Positions 18,913 to 29,366 of a stretch of 64,000 nt of DNA are shown one piece after another (position 1 is the stretch's first letter; each line of letters opens with the position of its first letter). The notes beneath the pieces are model-generated. The model did not search any database and was not told where the DNA came from. It was given only the letters and a program-made list of their open reading frames with translations. Position numbers and translations under genes: made by a program. The stretch is from Thermodesulfobacteriota bacterium. GTDB lineage: Bacteria; Desulfobacterota; Desulfobacteria; Desulfobacterales; C00003060. The stretch spans positions 80,657 to 144,656 of the forward strand of contig JAXHVD010000012.1 of assembly GCA_034189385.1 (NCBI GenBank), in the 5' to 3' direction.

Positions 18913-19845
18913 ATGTACACATCTCCTTTGCGCCCCTTCCGCTACCACTTCTTCACCATCTGGGGGAATGCTTTCGCCCATACAGATGCAATTTTGGACA
19001 TTCTCAGAAGAGAACCCTTTTTGCAGATCCTCAGGATTGAGCTAGTGTCAATTAGAAATATGACGAAATTCATTTCTGATATATACGGGTGCGATTTTGT
19101 CCCTCCTGAGCATTTGAACGCAAAGGTCAAATACCTTTTCACTGTTAAACCGCAGGCGATACTAGTATTTGTCAAAAACTACAACCCGCAGGAAATGCCT
19201 GTTGGCCGCGGTGCATTCCGCAAGCTTCAATGTCAGTACATAAATCAGATTAAAATCAACATTAGAAATCAGTATAATCCCCGCCATCCTGATAAAAGCT
19301 TCCGAATTCATCCCCTTCATAGGGGTGTTTCGCACGACCATGTCATCCATTCCTCTGATTCCGAGGAGCAGGTAGATTACTTTCTAAAGATATTAGGACA
19401 CAAGAGCGGCGTGCGATATTTGCACGGACATACCGGGAACTTGCCATTTGAAAAGCCTTATTATTTGCACACCCCCCAAACCTATATATATAGGATAATT
19501 ATGATAGAAAGACTACAGGCTTTGATCTTGAATGATTCGCATGGCAAGGCCGTTACTTTGACTCCAACAAGCATTTGTGAGACCCCTCACTATAAAGCGT
19601 TAAAGTACGGAACCGATGATTATACGACATATCTTGCCAAATTTAGGTACACATTATTAACGCAGGATTATTCCTGGAAGCGTTTAAAGAAACTAAATGC
19701 CTTGAACATTGATAAAATAAAAGCCTTCGAACGTATAATTGTAACGAAAGAACATGATTATTATAAGATATTGGATGGAGTCCATCGTGCTGCTGTGTCT
19801 TTGAATCACAACCTAAAGCATGTGAGATGCGTGGAGTTTTGCTAG
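18913..19845 (+). CDS. Hypothetical protein: NDK-like N-terminal domain plus ParB/Srx-like C-terminal domain
   Basis: IRNQY...HVIHSSDSEEQ resembles the NDK active-site IHGSDS; the C-terminal IIV...YKILDGVHRAAV resembles the ParB/Srx DGxHR motif. Confidence 0.6.
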   Translation: MYTSPLRPFRYHFFTIWGNAFAHTDAILDILRREPFLQILRIELVSIRNMTKFISDIYGCDFVPPEHLNAKVKYLFTVKPQAILVFVKNYNPQEMPVGRGAFRKLQCQYINQIKINIRNQYNPRHPDKSFRIHPLHRGVSHDHVIHSSDSEEQVDYFLKILGHKSGVRYLHGHTGNLPFEKPYYLHTPQTYIYRIIMIERLQALILNDSHGKAVTLTPTSICETPHYKALKYGTDDYTTYLAKFRYTLLTQDYSWKRLKKLNALNIDKIKAFERIIVTKEHDYYKILDGVHRAAVSLNHNLKHVRCVEFC

Positions 19846-19847
19846 TT

Positions 19848-20537
19848 ATGGCTCAGGTAGATCTAATCAAGTTGCTTGCTAATATTGAGGATTATGTATT
19901 GATTAAGAAAAGTGCCGAATTTCCTAACTATTCCCTCGGCTCTGATGTAGATTTGTTAGTTATGGATAAAGACACGGCCTTGCAAAGAGTTGTTCATTTT
20001 TATGAATCACATTTTTCAACAAACGGACAGTTACGTGTGACGGACCAGGAGTATCATTGTCACATTGATTTTTTGCTTCACGGCAAATTGAATGTTCGTA
20101 TTGATTTGCTATACGATTTTGGCTTCTTTACAATGTTTTCAGTGAAAAGGGGTTTTTTCATCAAGATTTTTAGAGACCGGCGGCTTGTCAAGATTGGAAA
20201 TAGCTCTGTTTATATTCCCGCCCCGGAAGACGAACTAACGATACGTTATTTTGAATATTTGGAGTATTTTGATCGCTATCCAAATAAACTCAAACATCTT
20301 GAGTACATCTGCGATGTCAAGGATCAACTGTTAAGGAAGCGCTTTTTTGAAAACACACACAGGTTTGTTGTTTTCAGTAGGCAGCAATGGAAACAACCAT
20401 ACCATATTTCCCAAAAGCCCAAATCCATAAGGGCCGCTTTGGCCAATATAAATCTAAATTCGAAGTGCATCATCGCACTGTCTGTTCGGCACCTGTCCTC
20501 AAAAGTTGTGACCATATACAGGAATATGTGGCGCTAG
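19848..20537 (+). CDS. Nucleotidyltransferase-fold hypothetical protein
   Basis: GSDVDLLV (GS-DxD), downstream HIDF/RIDL acidic strands, YIPAPEDE; GGAG before ATG 19848. Confidence 0.6.
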   Translation: MAQVDLIKLLANIEDYVLIKKSAEFPNYSLGSDVDLLVMDKDTALQRVVHFYESHFSTNGQLRVTDQEYHCHIDFLLHGKLNVRIDLLYDFGFFTMFSVKRGFFIKIFRDRRLVKIGNSSVYIPAPEDELTIRYFEYLEYFDRYPNKLKHLEYICDVKDQLLRKRFFENTHRFVVFSRQQWKQPYHISQKPKSIRAALANINLNSKCIIALSVRHLSSKVVTIYRNMWR

Positions 20538-21416
20538 ATGGTTATAGTAAACCTCATGGGAGGCGTTGGCAACCAACTATTCCAATATGCGGCGGGGCGT
20601 GCCATTGCCCACCGTAAGAAAGTCCCTTTTAAATTGGATCTTTCTTGGTTTAAAACGCAGGAACTACGTCGCTACCAGCTTAGCCATTTTAATATCTCCG
20701 CAGAAATTGCTACCCAGGCTGAGGTTGACCGTCTAAAAGGTTTTCATTTATTTGGCCTCCGAAGAAAGATATTTAGGTTGTATCAACACTTTTTGCCCTA
20801 TTATAAACGCACAGTTTTCAGAGAACGATTCTTTCACTTTGACCCCAATATTCTTAGGTGTCTTGACCAGGTCTATCTCGTCGGCTTTTGGCAGAGTGAG
20901 AAATATTTTGAAGACATTTCAAATTTGATTCGACAAGAGTTTCTCATGGTTCATAATCAAGATAGCCAGAACCAAAAGACCGCCAACTTAATCAATAACA
21001 CGGAATCGGTCAGTATTCACGTAAGAAGGGGCGACTATGTATCAAATCCGAAAATGTCCCAGTTGTTTGCCACTTGTGGGCTTGACCACTATAGGAAAAG
21101 CGTATCAATCATTACCAAAAAAGTGTTAAATCCCCATTTTTATATTTTTTCAGATGATACCAAGTGGGGAGAACGCAACTTGAGGTTGGACCACCCTACA
21201 ACTTATGTCAAAAACAACAATGACGAAAAATGTTACGACGATTTACATTTGATGACCCTATGCAAACATCATATTATCGCTAATAGCTCCTTTAGTTGGT
21301 GGGCGGCTTGGCTCTCTACTAACCCTCGGAAGCTCGTTATCGCTCCGCAGAAATGGTTTAAAAACGCAACGCACAATACAAAGGATCTTATACCACAGGC
21401 CTGGACTCTTATTTGA
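20538..21416 (+). CDS. Alpha-1,2-fucosyltransferase family protein (GT11)
   Basis: Motifs GGVGNQLFQYA, GFWQSEKYF, SIHVRRGDY, FSDD, IANSSFSWWAAWL. Confidence 0.93.
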   Translation: MVIVNLMGGVGNQLFQYAAGRAIAHRKKVPFKLDLSWFKTQELRRYQLSHFNISAEIATQAEVDRLKGFHLFGLRRKIFRLYQHFLPYYKRTVFRERFFHFDPNILRCLDQVYLVGFWQSEKYFEDISNLIRQEFLMVHNQDSQNQKTANLINNTESVSIHVRRGDYVSNPKMSQLFATCGLDHYRKSVSIITKKVLNPHFYIFSDDTKWGERNLRLDHPTTYVKNNNDEKCYDDLHLMTLCKHHIIANSSFSWWAAWLSTNPRKLVIAPQKWFKNATHNTKDLIPQAWTLI

Positions 21417-21481
21417 GTTCACAGCCAGATCCCCCCGCATTAGAGACACTGAAGTGCCCACAATGAGCATTTGAAAAAGTT

Positions 21482-22507
21482 ATGCAACGCCCTCATAAAT
21501 ATCAGAGTTCAACCAATACCGTCCCGGAAGTCTCTTTAGGAGGTAAAGTGCGGCCATCAGGCCATTTGCCTGGCTCCGCGTGCCTTTCTATATCCGCCAT
21601 TATTTGTACGCACAATAGGGCCCAATACCTTTCAAAGGCTATTGGAAGCCTTACTCAGCAGACGCTCGACAAATCCCTGTACGAAATCATTATAGTGGAC
21701 AACTGTTCGACTGACTCTACCAAGGACGTTGTAACGGGTCATTGCTCTGATGCAATACGACCCCGCTACATTTATGAATCGGCATTAGGACTCTCCCGAG
21801 CAAGGAATACTGGATTGGAAGCGGCAAATGGTCAATATGTTGCTTACTTAGATGACGATGCCATCGCCTGCCGGAATTGGCTGGAAAAGATCGTCAATCT
21901 TTTTGATAGCACTCAGCCGAAACTCGGATGCGTTTGTGGCAAGGTTGAACCAATATGGGAAGCTCCTCGGCCGCCCTGGCTATCGGACAAGGTCGCGGCA
22001 TCTCTGACAATCGTGGATTGGTCCAATGAACCTGTTGCATTGAGTAAAGACAAATCGATTGCAGGCGCCAACATGGCCTTTCCCAACAGTGTTCTCACCA
22101 GTGTGGGTGGATTTGAAGAAAAACTCGGCAGAAAAGGAAATAAGTTGTTGTCCATGGAAGAGTTTTTACTACGCCAACAACTTCAATCACTTGGATATTC
22201 TTGCCATTATCACCCTGAAATTGCAGTGCGCCATCATGTACCTGCCTCTCGGCTTAACAAGAGCTGGTTCTTTCGCAGGTTTTATTGGCAAGGTGTTTCC
22301 AAGGCAATTGCCCGAGCACATTTCGAATCTATTACCATCCCAAAGCGCATATCTGTTGCGATATCAGCCGCCAAGAAACTGATGGGATCCCCACTACCCT
22401 TGATTGGCCTGGCAGCATCAACGGATGGTCCAGACGACTTTACCCAAAAATGTTTTACCTTGGCACGGATAGGCTATATTTTCGGTTTGCTGGGTGCAGC
22501 AAGATAG
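21482..22507 (+). CDS. Glycosyltransferase family 2
   Basis: Motifs IICTHNR, VDNCSTD, GLSRARNTG, YLDDDA, GANMAF. Confidence 0.9.
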   Translation: MQRPHKYQSSTNTVPEVSLGGKVRPSGHLPGSACLSISAIICTHNRAQYLSKAIGSLTQQTLDKSLYEIIIVDNCSTDSTKDVVTGHCSDAIRPRYIYESALGLSRARNTGLEAANGQYVAYLDDDAIACRNWLEKIVNLFDSTQPKLGCVCGKVEPIWEAPRPPWLSDKVAASLTIVDWSNEPVALSKDKSIAGANMAFPNSVLTSVGGFEEKLGRKGNKLLSMEEFLLRQQLQSLGYSCHYHPEIAVRHHVPASRLNKSWFFRRFYWQGVSKAIARAHFESITIPKRISVAISAAKKLMGSPLPLIGLAASTDGPDDFTQKCFTLARIGYIFGLLGAAR

Positions 22508-22763
22508 CACCACCTCAGCCCAAGCCGGTGCTTTTGCCTACTAGATTGCACCCCGTGCCACCGGCTGAAGCACCCTTGAAGAGTGACAGACACCGGGTAC
22601 ATGGCGAAACGGGAAAATACGTTGGAGGCAGCCTACAGTTTCTTGATATGACCTACAGCAAGCCAACAAGGCACGGCTGCGAGAAGACTGTCAGCTCAGC
22701 GAAAAATTCAGAGGTCAACATTCTCGCATAATTTTCCACTCAATTAGGAAGAAGATTACCATA

Positions 22764-23705
22764 TTGGGCTTTCTTTCAGACCTAAAACGCAGGATCAACT
22801 TCGTGGACCGTAAGCCGCTCCGAAAACACAGGTTTGATCCTTCCAAAAGAATGATTGGCATCATGATGATCCGGAACGAAAACGACATATTAAAGGAGAC
22901 GCTAACTAACATAACGCCAATTTACGATCGCATCTTTGTGCTTGATGGTACGGAACCAGACGACGAATTCCATGTCACGAGAGACATTCTGGAGCAGTTT
23001 GAAGAGGTAAAGGTTATCCTCAGAGATGCAGACACACCCGGTCCCTTTCCAATCAGAGATGGTGCTCGGCAGTATCTTCTTCAAAAAGTACGAGAAAACT
23101 TTGGCGTCAATAATTGGATTGGAGTTCTCCATGGAGACGAGCTATACACCCAGGACCCCCGACCCATCCTCACCAACACTAATCCTTCCATAAGCCCTGT
23201 CTTGCAGGTGCGCTTATGCCACTTCTTCCTCCACAAAGATGACCAAGCGAATTGGGATCACATCCAGTCCTTGCCAGTTGAAGCAAGAATTACTCATTAC
23301 ATGTGGCCAGGGACTCCAGAAGACCGTTTCTTTTTTGATGATGGCCGAGTCAATTATGACCCATCACGGCACTCCTTAGTCGTCCCTTACGGCCGCAGTC
23401 GACGCCGCATTCTTCTCGACGCTTTCGTTATAAAGCAGTATAATTATCGTACCCCAGAGCAGGCACTTCAAAGGGCACAGCAAAGGATATCCTCTGCATG
23501 GCAGAGAAATCACTACCAGCACATAGCCAAAGAGGAGGCGGTCTTTGTTCACAGTTTGCACGTCCCGGGTTATGAACCCTGCGGGCACGACAATTTGAAG
23601 AAGAAGGATCAGCGTGAATGGAGCAAGGTGCGGTCGACAAGACATTTTCCTCTTCCCTCTTTGAACAATCAAAAGACCTCTAGACGAGCCTTCCTCACAA
23701 AATAG
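22764..23705 (+). CDS. GT-A fold (GT2-like) glycosyltransferase
   Basis: MMIRNENDIL, VLDG, and WIGVLHGDE (a variant of the usual DADE motif). Confidence 0.7.
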   Translation: MGFLSDLKRRINFVDRKPLRKHRFDPSKRMIGIMMIRNENDILKETLTNITPIYDRIFVLDGTEPDDEFHVTRDILEQFEEVKVILRDADTPGPFPIRDGARQYLLQKVRENFGVNNWIGVLHGDELYTQDPRPILTNTNPSISPVLQVRLCHFFLHKDDQANWDHIQSLPVEARITHYMWPGTPEDRFFFDDGRVNYDPSRHSLVVPYGRSRRRILLDAFVIKQYNYRTPEQALQRAQQRISSAWQRNHYQHIAKEEAVFVHSLHVPGYEPCGHDNLKKKDQREWSKVRSTRHFPLPSLNNQKTSRRAFLTK

Positions 23706-23848
23706 CGCCCTTGCCTCTTGGTTCTCAATGTCATTTTCTTAGCACCCACTATAGTTCACTCCAACATCACGGCATCTGCCACTTGACAGTGAAAGCTTTG
23801 AATTACCACCTGCGCACCGGCCACTATTACGATAGGTAATCTGCATAG

Positions 23849-24619
23849 ATGAGCAAGATGATTTGCATTTCAGGCATGCACAGGGGCGGGACCTCGCTCA
23901 CTGCTTCGTGGTTGCGGGCATGTGGCCTCACAATCCACGACGGTGAGCTCATGGGCCCCGGAGTCGGCAATTCAGCGGGACATTTTGAAGACCTGGATTT
24001 TGTCGAGCTTCACTCATCTGCAATACGCAGGCGGATTCCCAAATCACATGGGTGGAAGGTATTCTCTGAAGGCTTCTTGACGTTGAGCGATGATGAATCG
24101 TCCCGCGCCAAGGAGCTGGCTAGCAAAAGGAATGAAAAATATGACACATGGGGCTGGAAAGACCCGAGGTCTGTCCTCTTTCTCAAGCAATGGAAAGCAA
24201 TAGTCCCAGAGGCAAGAGTCCTATTGATTTGGAGACCGTGTTATGACACTGCCATTTCTTTAATAAGGCGGTCAAGAAATTCAAATCAACGTCTCCTTAA
24301 AGTCAGCTGGCCTCAATCAGTGAAATTATGGATATCCTATAACGAAAGAGTATGCGATTACAAGCAGAAATACCCTGACGATACCTTGCTATTGCCCATG
24401 TACTATATTATTAACCATGATCAAACGGTGCTAAATTTACTCAACAACAGATTTGAAACGAGTTTAAGGTACCATCCTATCAGTGGCATTTTCAATCCAG
24501 CTCTCTTGCATGTAGCAAAAACACCTCTGTTGCTGCGATTGCTCGGTTTCTATTATACAATCTCTAGAATTGAGAAAAGATTGGAAAATCTTTCAGACGT
24601 ACACTTCTGTTCACCATGA
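23849..24619 (+). CDS. Sulfotransferase-family protein
   Basis: Motifs ISGMHRGGTS, GHFED, WGWKDPR, IWRPCYDTAISL. Confidence 0.83.
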   Translation: MSKMICISGMHRGGTSLTASWLRACGLTIHDGELMGPGVGNSAGHFEDLDFVELHSSAIRRRIPKSHGWKVFSEGFLTLSDDESSRAKELASKRNEKYDTWGWKDPRSVLFLKQWKAIVPEARVLLIWRPCYDTAISLIRRSRNSNQRLLKVSWPQSVKLWISYNERVCDYKQKYPDDTLLLPMYYIINHDQTVLNLLNNRFETSLRYHPISGIFNPALLHVAKTPLLLRLLGFYYTISRIEKRLENLSDVHFCSP

Positions 24620-24672
24620 AAGGTGAGCATGCGCTATGCCATAAGCGTTCAAGCACTTGCAAATTGAGGCCT

Positions 24673-24790
24673 TTGAACCGATTAAGCGAGCGCATTCCCC
24701 CTAGCTTGCTGCGGGGTTAGCGAGCGTATATAAAATCAGACATATTCCTTACGGTCGAAGATTCCCTGCAGCTTGCTGCAGGGTCTTCAA
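24673..24790 (-). mobile_element. Non-autonomous hairpin element, copy A (118 bp, IS200/IS605-end-like)
   Basis: Reverse complement TTGAAGACCCTGCAGCAAGCTGCAGGGAATCTTCGACCGTAAGGAATATGTC...CCCCGCAGCAAGCTAGGGGGAATGCGCTCGCTTAATCGGTTCAA. Homologous copies start at 51913, 57458 and 62571. Confidence 0.82.
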
Positions 24791-25073
24791 TAACCCTTCA
24801 GATTTGGGATTTTATGTTTTCTGTCAGCTTTTTTAGCAACGGCAAATTGTATTTTCGATGATATTGTCTAGACAGTGCATTTAATTGGGCTTTTTTTGCA
24901 AAAAATGCCCCAATCCGATTCATGTCGTTGATTTCGCCATAGGCAGGCATCATAAAAGTCTTATGGCTTTTTTGGGAATTCTTCGGCCCATAACTGAAGC
25001 GCAATAGGTAGATGAAGCGTAGCCTCCCGGAGGTTGTGCGAAGGTCTCTATTTATGAGCGCGTCTATTAATGT

Positions 25074-26066
25074 ATGACTCGAAACAAACAACTAGCGGTA
25101 GTTGTCCCTGCATACAAGGCCGCGTTTCTCGAGCCAGCATTGGAATCACTCTCCGCGCAGACCGACAAGCGATTTGTGGTTTACGTTGGCGACGACTGCA
25201 GCCCTGAAAATGTAGGCGAAATATGTGACCGATTCGCCCATCATCTCGATCTATCTTACCGGCGGTTCGACGAAAACCTGGGTAAAAAATCGTTAGTAGC
25301 CCACTGGAATCGCTGTATCAGACTTTCATCACAGCCTTGGATATGTCTGTTCTCAGATGACGATATTATGGAGCCACGATGTGTTGAGGCATTCTATCGT
25401 GCCCTTCGCCATACTGGCGGAAGACACAACCTCTATCGTTTTGACACACTGACAATTGATCAAAATGGGAAACTGTTACGCATTAATCCTCCACATCCTG
25501 AGCTTGAGTCGGCCATTCAATTTGCCTATCATCGCCTCAGTATGCATCGTGCGAGCTTTGTCTCTGAATACATCTTTGCTCGTCATGCATTCGATCGACA
25601 AAATGGAATGATTGACTTTCCTGCGGCATGGTGTTCTGACGACGCTTCTTGGATTGTTTTTTCCGGAGAGGAAGCTATCTACACCGTCCGTGGTCCTAAA
25701 GTCCGGTGGCGAGATAGCGCCCTAAACATAACTACGCCCAATGCCACATTTCAAAAAGAAAAAATCGAAGCAGACCTAGAGTACATGAACTGGCTGAACA
25801 AACACTTCGCCGATAAACAGCTTGATAAGCTAGAGCTCAACATCCAACTCATAAATGACTGTGCTAAGAAATGGTTCTATTTCCAACTTAAACTACTTGC
25901 TCCTCTAAGAATTGCAACTTGCGCAAAGCTTTGTCTGGATTCGCACAGTGTCTGGAATGATCGGTTTTTTAAAAAGCTCTGCAGGCTAATTTCGATTCAC
26001 TTCAGATGTTACGCAAGAAGTGCAGTCGATGGCCTTGCTAAGACGATATTGCCCTCTGACAAGTGA
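25074..26066 (+). CDS. Glycosyltransferase family 2
   Basis: Motifs VVPAYK, VGDDCSP, LVAHWNRCI, FSDDDIM. Confidence 0.88.
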   Translation: MTRNKQLAVVVPAYKAAFLEPALESLSAQTDKRFVVYVGDDCSPENVGEICDRFAHHLDLSYRRFDENLGKKSLVAHWNRCIRLSSQPWICLFSDDDIMEPRCVEAFYRALRHTGGRHNLYRFDTLTIDQNGKLLRINPPHPELESAIQFAYHRLSMHRASFVSEYIFARHAFDRQNGMIDFPAAWCSDDASWIVFSGEEAIYTVRGPKVRWRDSALNITTPNATFQKEKIEADLEYMNWLNKHFADKQLDKLELNIQLINDCAKKWFYFQLKLLAPLRIATCAKLCLDSHSVWNDRFFKKLCRLISIHFRCYARSAVDGLAKTILPSDK

Positions 26067-26098
26067 ATAAGTCAATTCGCACCGCATAAACAGCGAAG

Positions 26099-27505
26099 AT
26101 GAGTCAAAAACCAGAACCAAGTGAGAATGGCTGTGCAGGCGATTTGGCCACTGCTGAGCTCAACCTTGCTAAACGTCAATGCATGAAGATTCTAGTCGTC
26201 ACAAGAGCTTTTCCAGTTGAAAACACCATCGGCTCCCATTCCTATCTTCTGGCACTGGTAGCCTATCTGAAAAAGTCGGGCTTTAGAGTTAGGCTGCTGG
26301 TACTGGATCCATCACCTGGAGGAAACGTTCCCGTTTTTGTCATCCCAGCTTCGGCCAGGAGGCTTTTTCCGGTATTGGCTAGGGATAACATACAAATTTC
26401 TCACCTCTTGCTTCGATTCAAGTCCTTCGCAGACTGCCTCGTGTCACCAGTCTGGGCTGCATATTACGCCGTTGCCGAAGCATTGCAGAATCTGCTGTGC
26501 CGGCCCTTCCATGGTGCAATGATAAGAATGCACCATATTCTGAGGCAGTTTGCTACGGTTAAGAATAACACGGTTCAGCCATGGGACGCGTTGACCACAT
26601 CGGATGAGGTAGACTTTTGCAGAAATGCCTTTCTTGCGGACAAACCAGATGTCGTCATCGCCAACTACGCTTTCCTCGGTCATGTCTTTTCCGCCATCCC
26701 CCCAGAAACACCGGCCTTGAGGGTCATTTTGACCCATGACGTCCGTCACGAAAGGGTTAGAGACTTCGAGAAGAAGAGGATTCCTATATTGGGTGAATCG
26801 GAATTGGATTTACAAAAAGAAAAAAGGTTGCTAGCCGGCGCACAATTACTTTTAGCTATTCAAGAGGAAGACGCTGCCTCTCTTAAAGATATGATGCCGC
26901 AATGCGAGGTATTGACAGTGCCAATGCCAGCAGTCCTTAAGAGCACCTTGGCGAACCAGGTCTCTGGTCGCTGCCTGTTTGTGGGCAGCCTTGCAAATCA
27001 CAATGTCTATGGACTTAATTGGCTTCTTGAAAACGTCTGGCCGTTAGTGCTCCGATCAGTTCCTTATGCTACTCTCCACGTATGCGGAACAGTCTGTCAC
27101 ACTATAACGAAGGAGGCCCAAAACGTCTCGTTTTTGGGCAGGGTGGATGATTTGATTACTGAATATGGCGCTGCCCAAGTCTGCCTTGTTCCTTTGATTG
27201 TTGGAAGTGGGCTCAAGATTAAACTAGTGGAAGCTTTGTCGTATGGCCGCGTCTGCGTGTCGACGCCCATTGGAGTACAGGGCATCCGTGATATTCAAGA
27301 CAAGGCGGTAGTTGTGGCTGACAGTGCTCAAAGTTTTGCCATGGCCGTTCAGAGAATCTTGACTGATACAGACAAGCGCCGATCTATGGAAGAACAGGCC
27401 CGTTCCTTTGTTAGTGCAAGGCTCTCTCCTGAAACGGTCTATCAACCATTAGTAGACCGTATATGTAGACATATGTCGGAAACCGTGGGCTTAGAGGTTG
27501 CTTAA
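26099..27505 (+). CDS. Glycosyltransferase family 4 (GT-B)
   Basis: MKILVVT (alternative start near 26182), LFVGS, GSGLKIKLVEALSYG, VSTPIG. Confidence 0.88.
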   Translation: MSQKPEPSENGCAGDLATAELNLAKRQCMKILVVTRAFPVENTIGSHSYLLALVAYLKKSGFRVRLLVLDPSPGGNVPVFVIPASARRLFPVLARDNIQISHLLLRFKSFADCLVSPVWAAYYAVAEALQNLLCRPFHGAMIRMHHILRQFATVKNNTVQPWDALTTSDEVDFCRNAFLADKPDVVIANYAFLGHVFSAIPPETPALRVILTHDVRHERVRDFEKKRIPILGESELDLQKEKRLLAGAQLLLAIQEEDAASLKDMMPQCEVLTVPMPAVLKSTLANQVSGRCLFVGSLANHNVYGLNWLLENVWPLVLRSVPYATLHVCGTVCHTITKEAQNVSFLGRVDDLITEYGAAQVCLVPLIVGSGLKIKLVEALSYGRVCVSTPIGVQGIRDIQDKAVVVADSAQSFAMAVQRILTDTDKRRSMEEQARSFVSARLSPETVYQPLVDRICRHMSETVGLEVA

Positions 27506-27530
27506 ATGATGACATCCATATTATGTAAAA

Positions 27531-29366
27531 ATGTCCTGCCCCGCCATGTCTAATGTCAATATCATCCAAAGAATACTTTTTCCATCCTCAAATCAAGTGT
27601 CAAGGCTCTATATGAGGTGCGAAATCACCGGTTCAGATGCCAGTTCTGCAATCCCCGGTCCTGTTTTGATGAACCAGGGTGACGTAGTTTCCTTAGATAC
27701 TTACTTCAATTCATTTTATGAGAGTTTCTACGCCAATTATACAAACCTACTTTCCACATTTTACGCGCTGGAACTCGAAGGCGATTTTAGCGTCCTAGTT
27801 TACCGAAGCTATGAGGACGGGGCCACTGAGCTAGTTTCCGTCCACGAACTAACCAATTGTGAAACATCACGGGCGGCAAGAATTCCGCTTCCCTGTCTCG
27901 GGCGAAATGCATCTGAAGCCACTGGCCGCATTCATATCAAGATAGAAAGCCAAAGCACCCCGAGCCTATTTGCAGGCGGATTCATTGCTACTAATCAGAA
28001 CAGGTCTAGACACGTTTCGCTGGGGATAATTTCGTGTACTTTTAGAAGGGAAGAGTACCTAAAGAAGACAGTGCAAACTATCGTAACTGACGAATACCTG
28101 AAACAGAAGCACTTGGAGATTTACGTTGTTGACAACGGGAATACTTTGAGCGAAGCCGACTTTCCTGACAAGAGAGTTCGGCTTATCCCCAACAGAAACG
28201 TCGGCGGCAGTGGAGGGTTTAGCCGCGGACTGATCGAAGCGCTGCGGGAACGGACCTGTACCCATCTTCTTCTTATGGATGATGACATAGAGTTAGAGGC
28301 CGAAGCGCTTTGCAGGCTTTTTGCCTTATACGAATACGCAAACCAAGACTTTGCAGTCTCCGGCACGATGCTCGACCTCTACAAAAAAACCACAGTCCAT
28401 GAAGCTGGAGCATTGTGGGCTTTTGATAAAAGACGGAATTGCCATAATCCATTGGCCCTCACTTCTTTAAAAAATGGGACCAATCTTGAGAATGCAGGCC
28501 GGCTTGACCTCCTTTTGCAAGAAGAGCCTATAGATTTCGGAGCATTCTGGTTCTTCAGTCTCCCGGAGGATATGGTTAGGAAAATTGGTCTCACAATGCC
28601 CTTTTTTGTAAGAGGAGACGATATAGAATTTGGCCTTCGAATTACCAGATGCCTTCGCCACGCCATTGTAGCCTTTCCCGGTATCGCTGTCTGGCATGAG
28701 CCTTTTTATGCCAAGATTTCCCCTCTGGGGTCCTATTATTATATTCGCAATTCTCTTATACTGAACTCTGTCCACAGTATTTCGACGTTTGCAAAGACCA
28801 TCTCCGCGGGCACACACCTTCTTCTATCGGCTTTGTTTCTCTTTGATTATTATGAGGCAGAAACTTGTGTTAGAGCCTTCCAAGATTACCTCACAGGTCC
28901 GGCCCTTATTACGCAAAACCCTGCCGAGCAGCTACATGCCAGGTTAACGCAAAAAACAAAAAGCTACACAAGTCGAACAACTATTTCATTGCAGCAATGT
29001 ACTGACGATCAGTCTTGTCAACCACCCACCGCTTTAACCTTTAAAAAACTAGTTATGTTGGCCACATTGAACGGACACTTGTTGCCTAACAACTTCATAA
29101 GGCAGGGCACTACGGATTGTCTGGACGTCCGTTATGAATGGGAAAAGATATTCATGAAGAGGGCATTAAACTTCCGTCGGTACGACCGCATGTACCAAAC
29201 CACTATGAACAGAAGAACCGGAATCCGGCTCTTATTTGCATGGGCAAAGATAGTCATTAAGGCCGGTTTCAAATGGCCCTTCTTACGAACTGAATGGAGA
29301 GAAGCTTCGAGATTCATGACGAGCCAACGCTTTTGGGAGAATTATCTCGGATTGACCAGGACTTGA
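27531..29366 (+). CDS. GlfT2-like galactofuranosyltransferase (GT2)
   Basis: N-terminal TYFNSFY beta domain; CTFRRE, NVGGSGGF, LMDDDI, RGDDIEFGLR, VWHEPF. Confidence 0.82.
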   Translation: MSCPAMSNVNIIQRILFPSSNQVSRLYMRCEITGSDASSAIPGPVLMNQGDVVSLDTYFNSFYESFYANYTNLLSTFYALELEGDFSVLVYRSYEDGATELVSVHELTNCETSRAARIPLPCLGRNASEATGRIHIKIESQSTPSLFAGGFIATNQNRSRHVSLGIISCTFRREEYLKKTVQTIVTDEYLKQKHLEIYVVDNGNTLSEADFPDKRVRLIPNRNVGGSGGFSRGLIEALRERTCTHLLLMDDDIELEAEALCRLFALYEYANQDFAVSGTMLDLYKKTTVHEAGALWAFDKRRNCHNPLALTSLKNGTNLENAGRLDLLLQEEPIDFGAFWFFSLPEDMVRKIGLTMPFFVRGDDIEFGLRITRCLRHAIVAFPGIAVWHEPFYAKISPLGSYYYIRNSLILNSVHSISTFAKTISAGTHLLLSALFLFDYYEAETCVRAFQDYLTGPALITQNPAEQLHARLTQKTKSYTSRTTISLQQCTDDQSCQPPTALTFKKLVMLATLNGHLLPNNFIRQGTTDCLDVRYEWEKIFMKRALNFRRYDRMYQTTMNRRTGIRLLFAWAKIVIKAGFKWPFLRTEWREASRFMTSQRFWENYLGLTRT

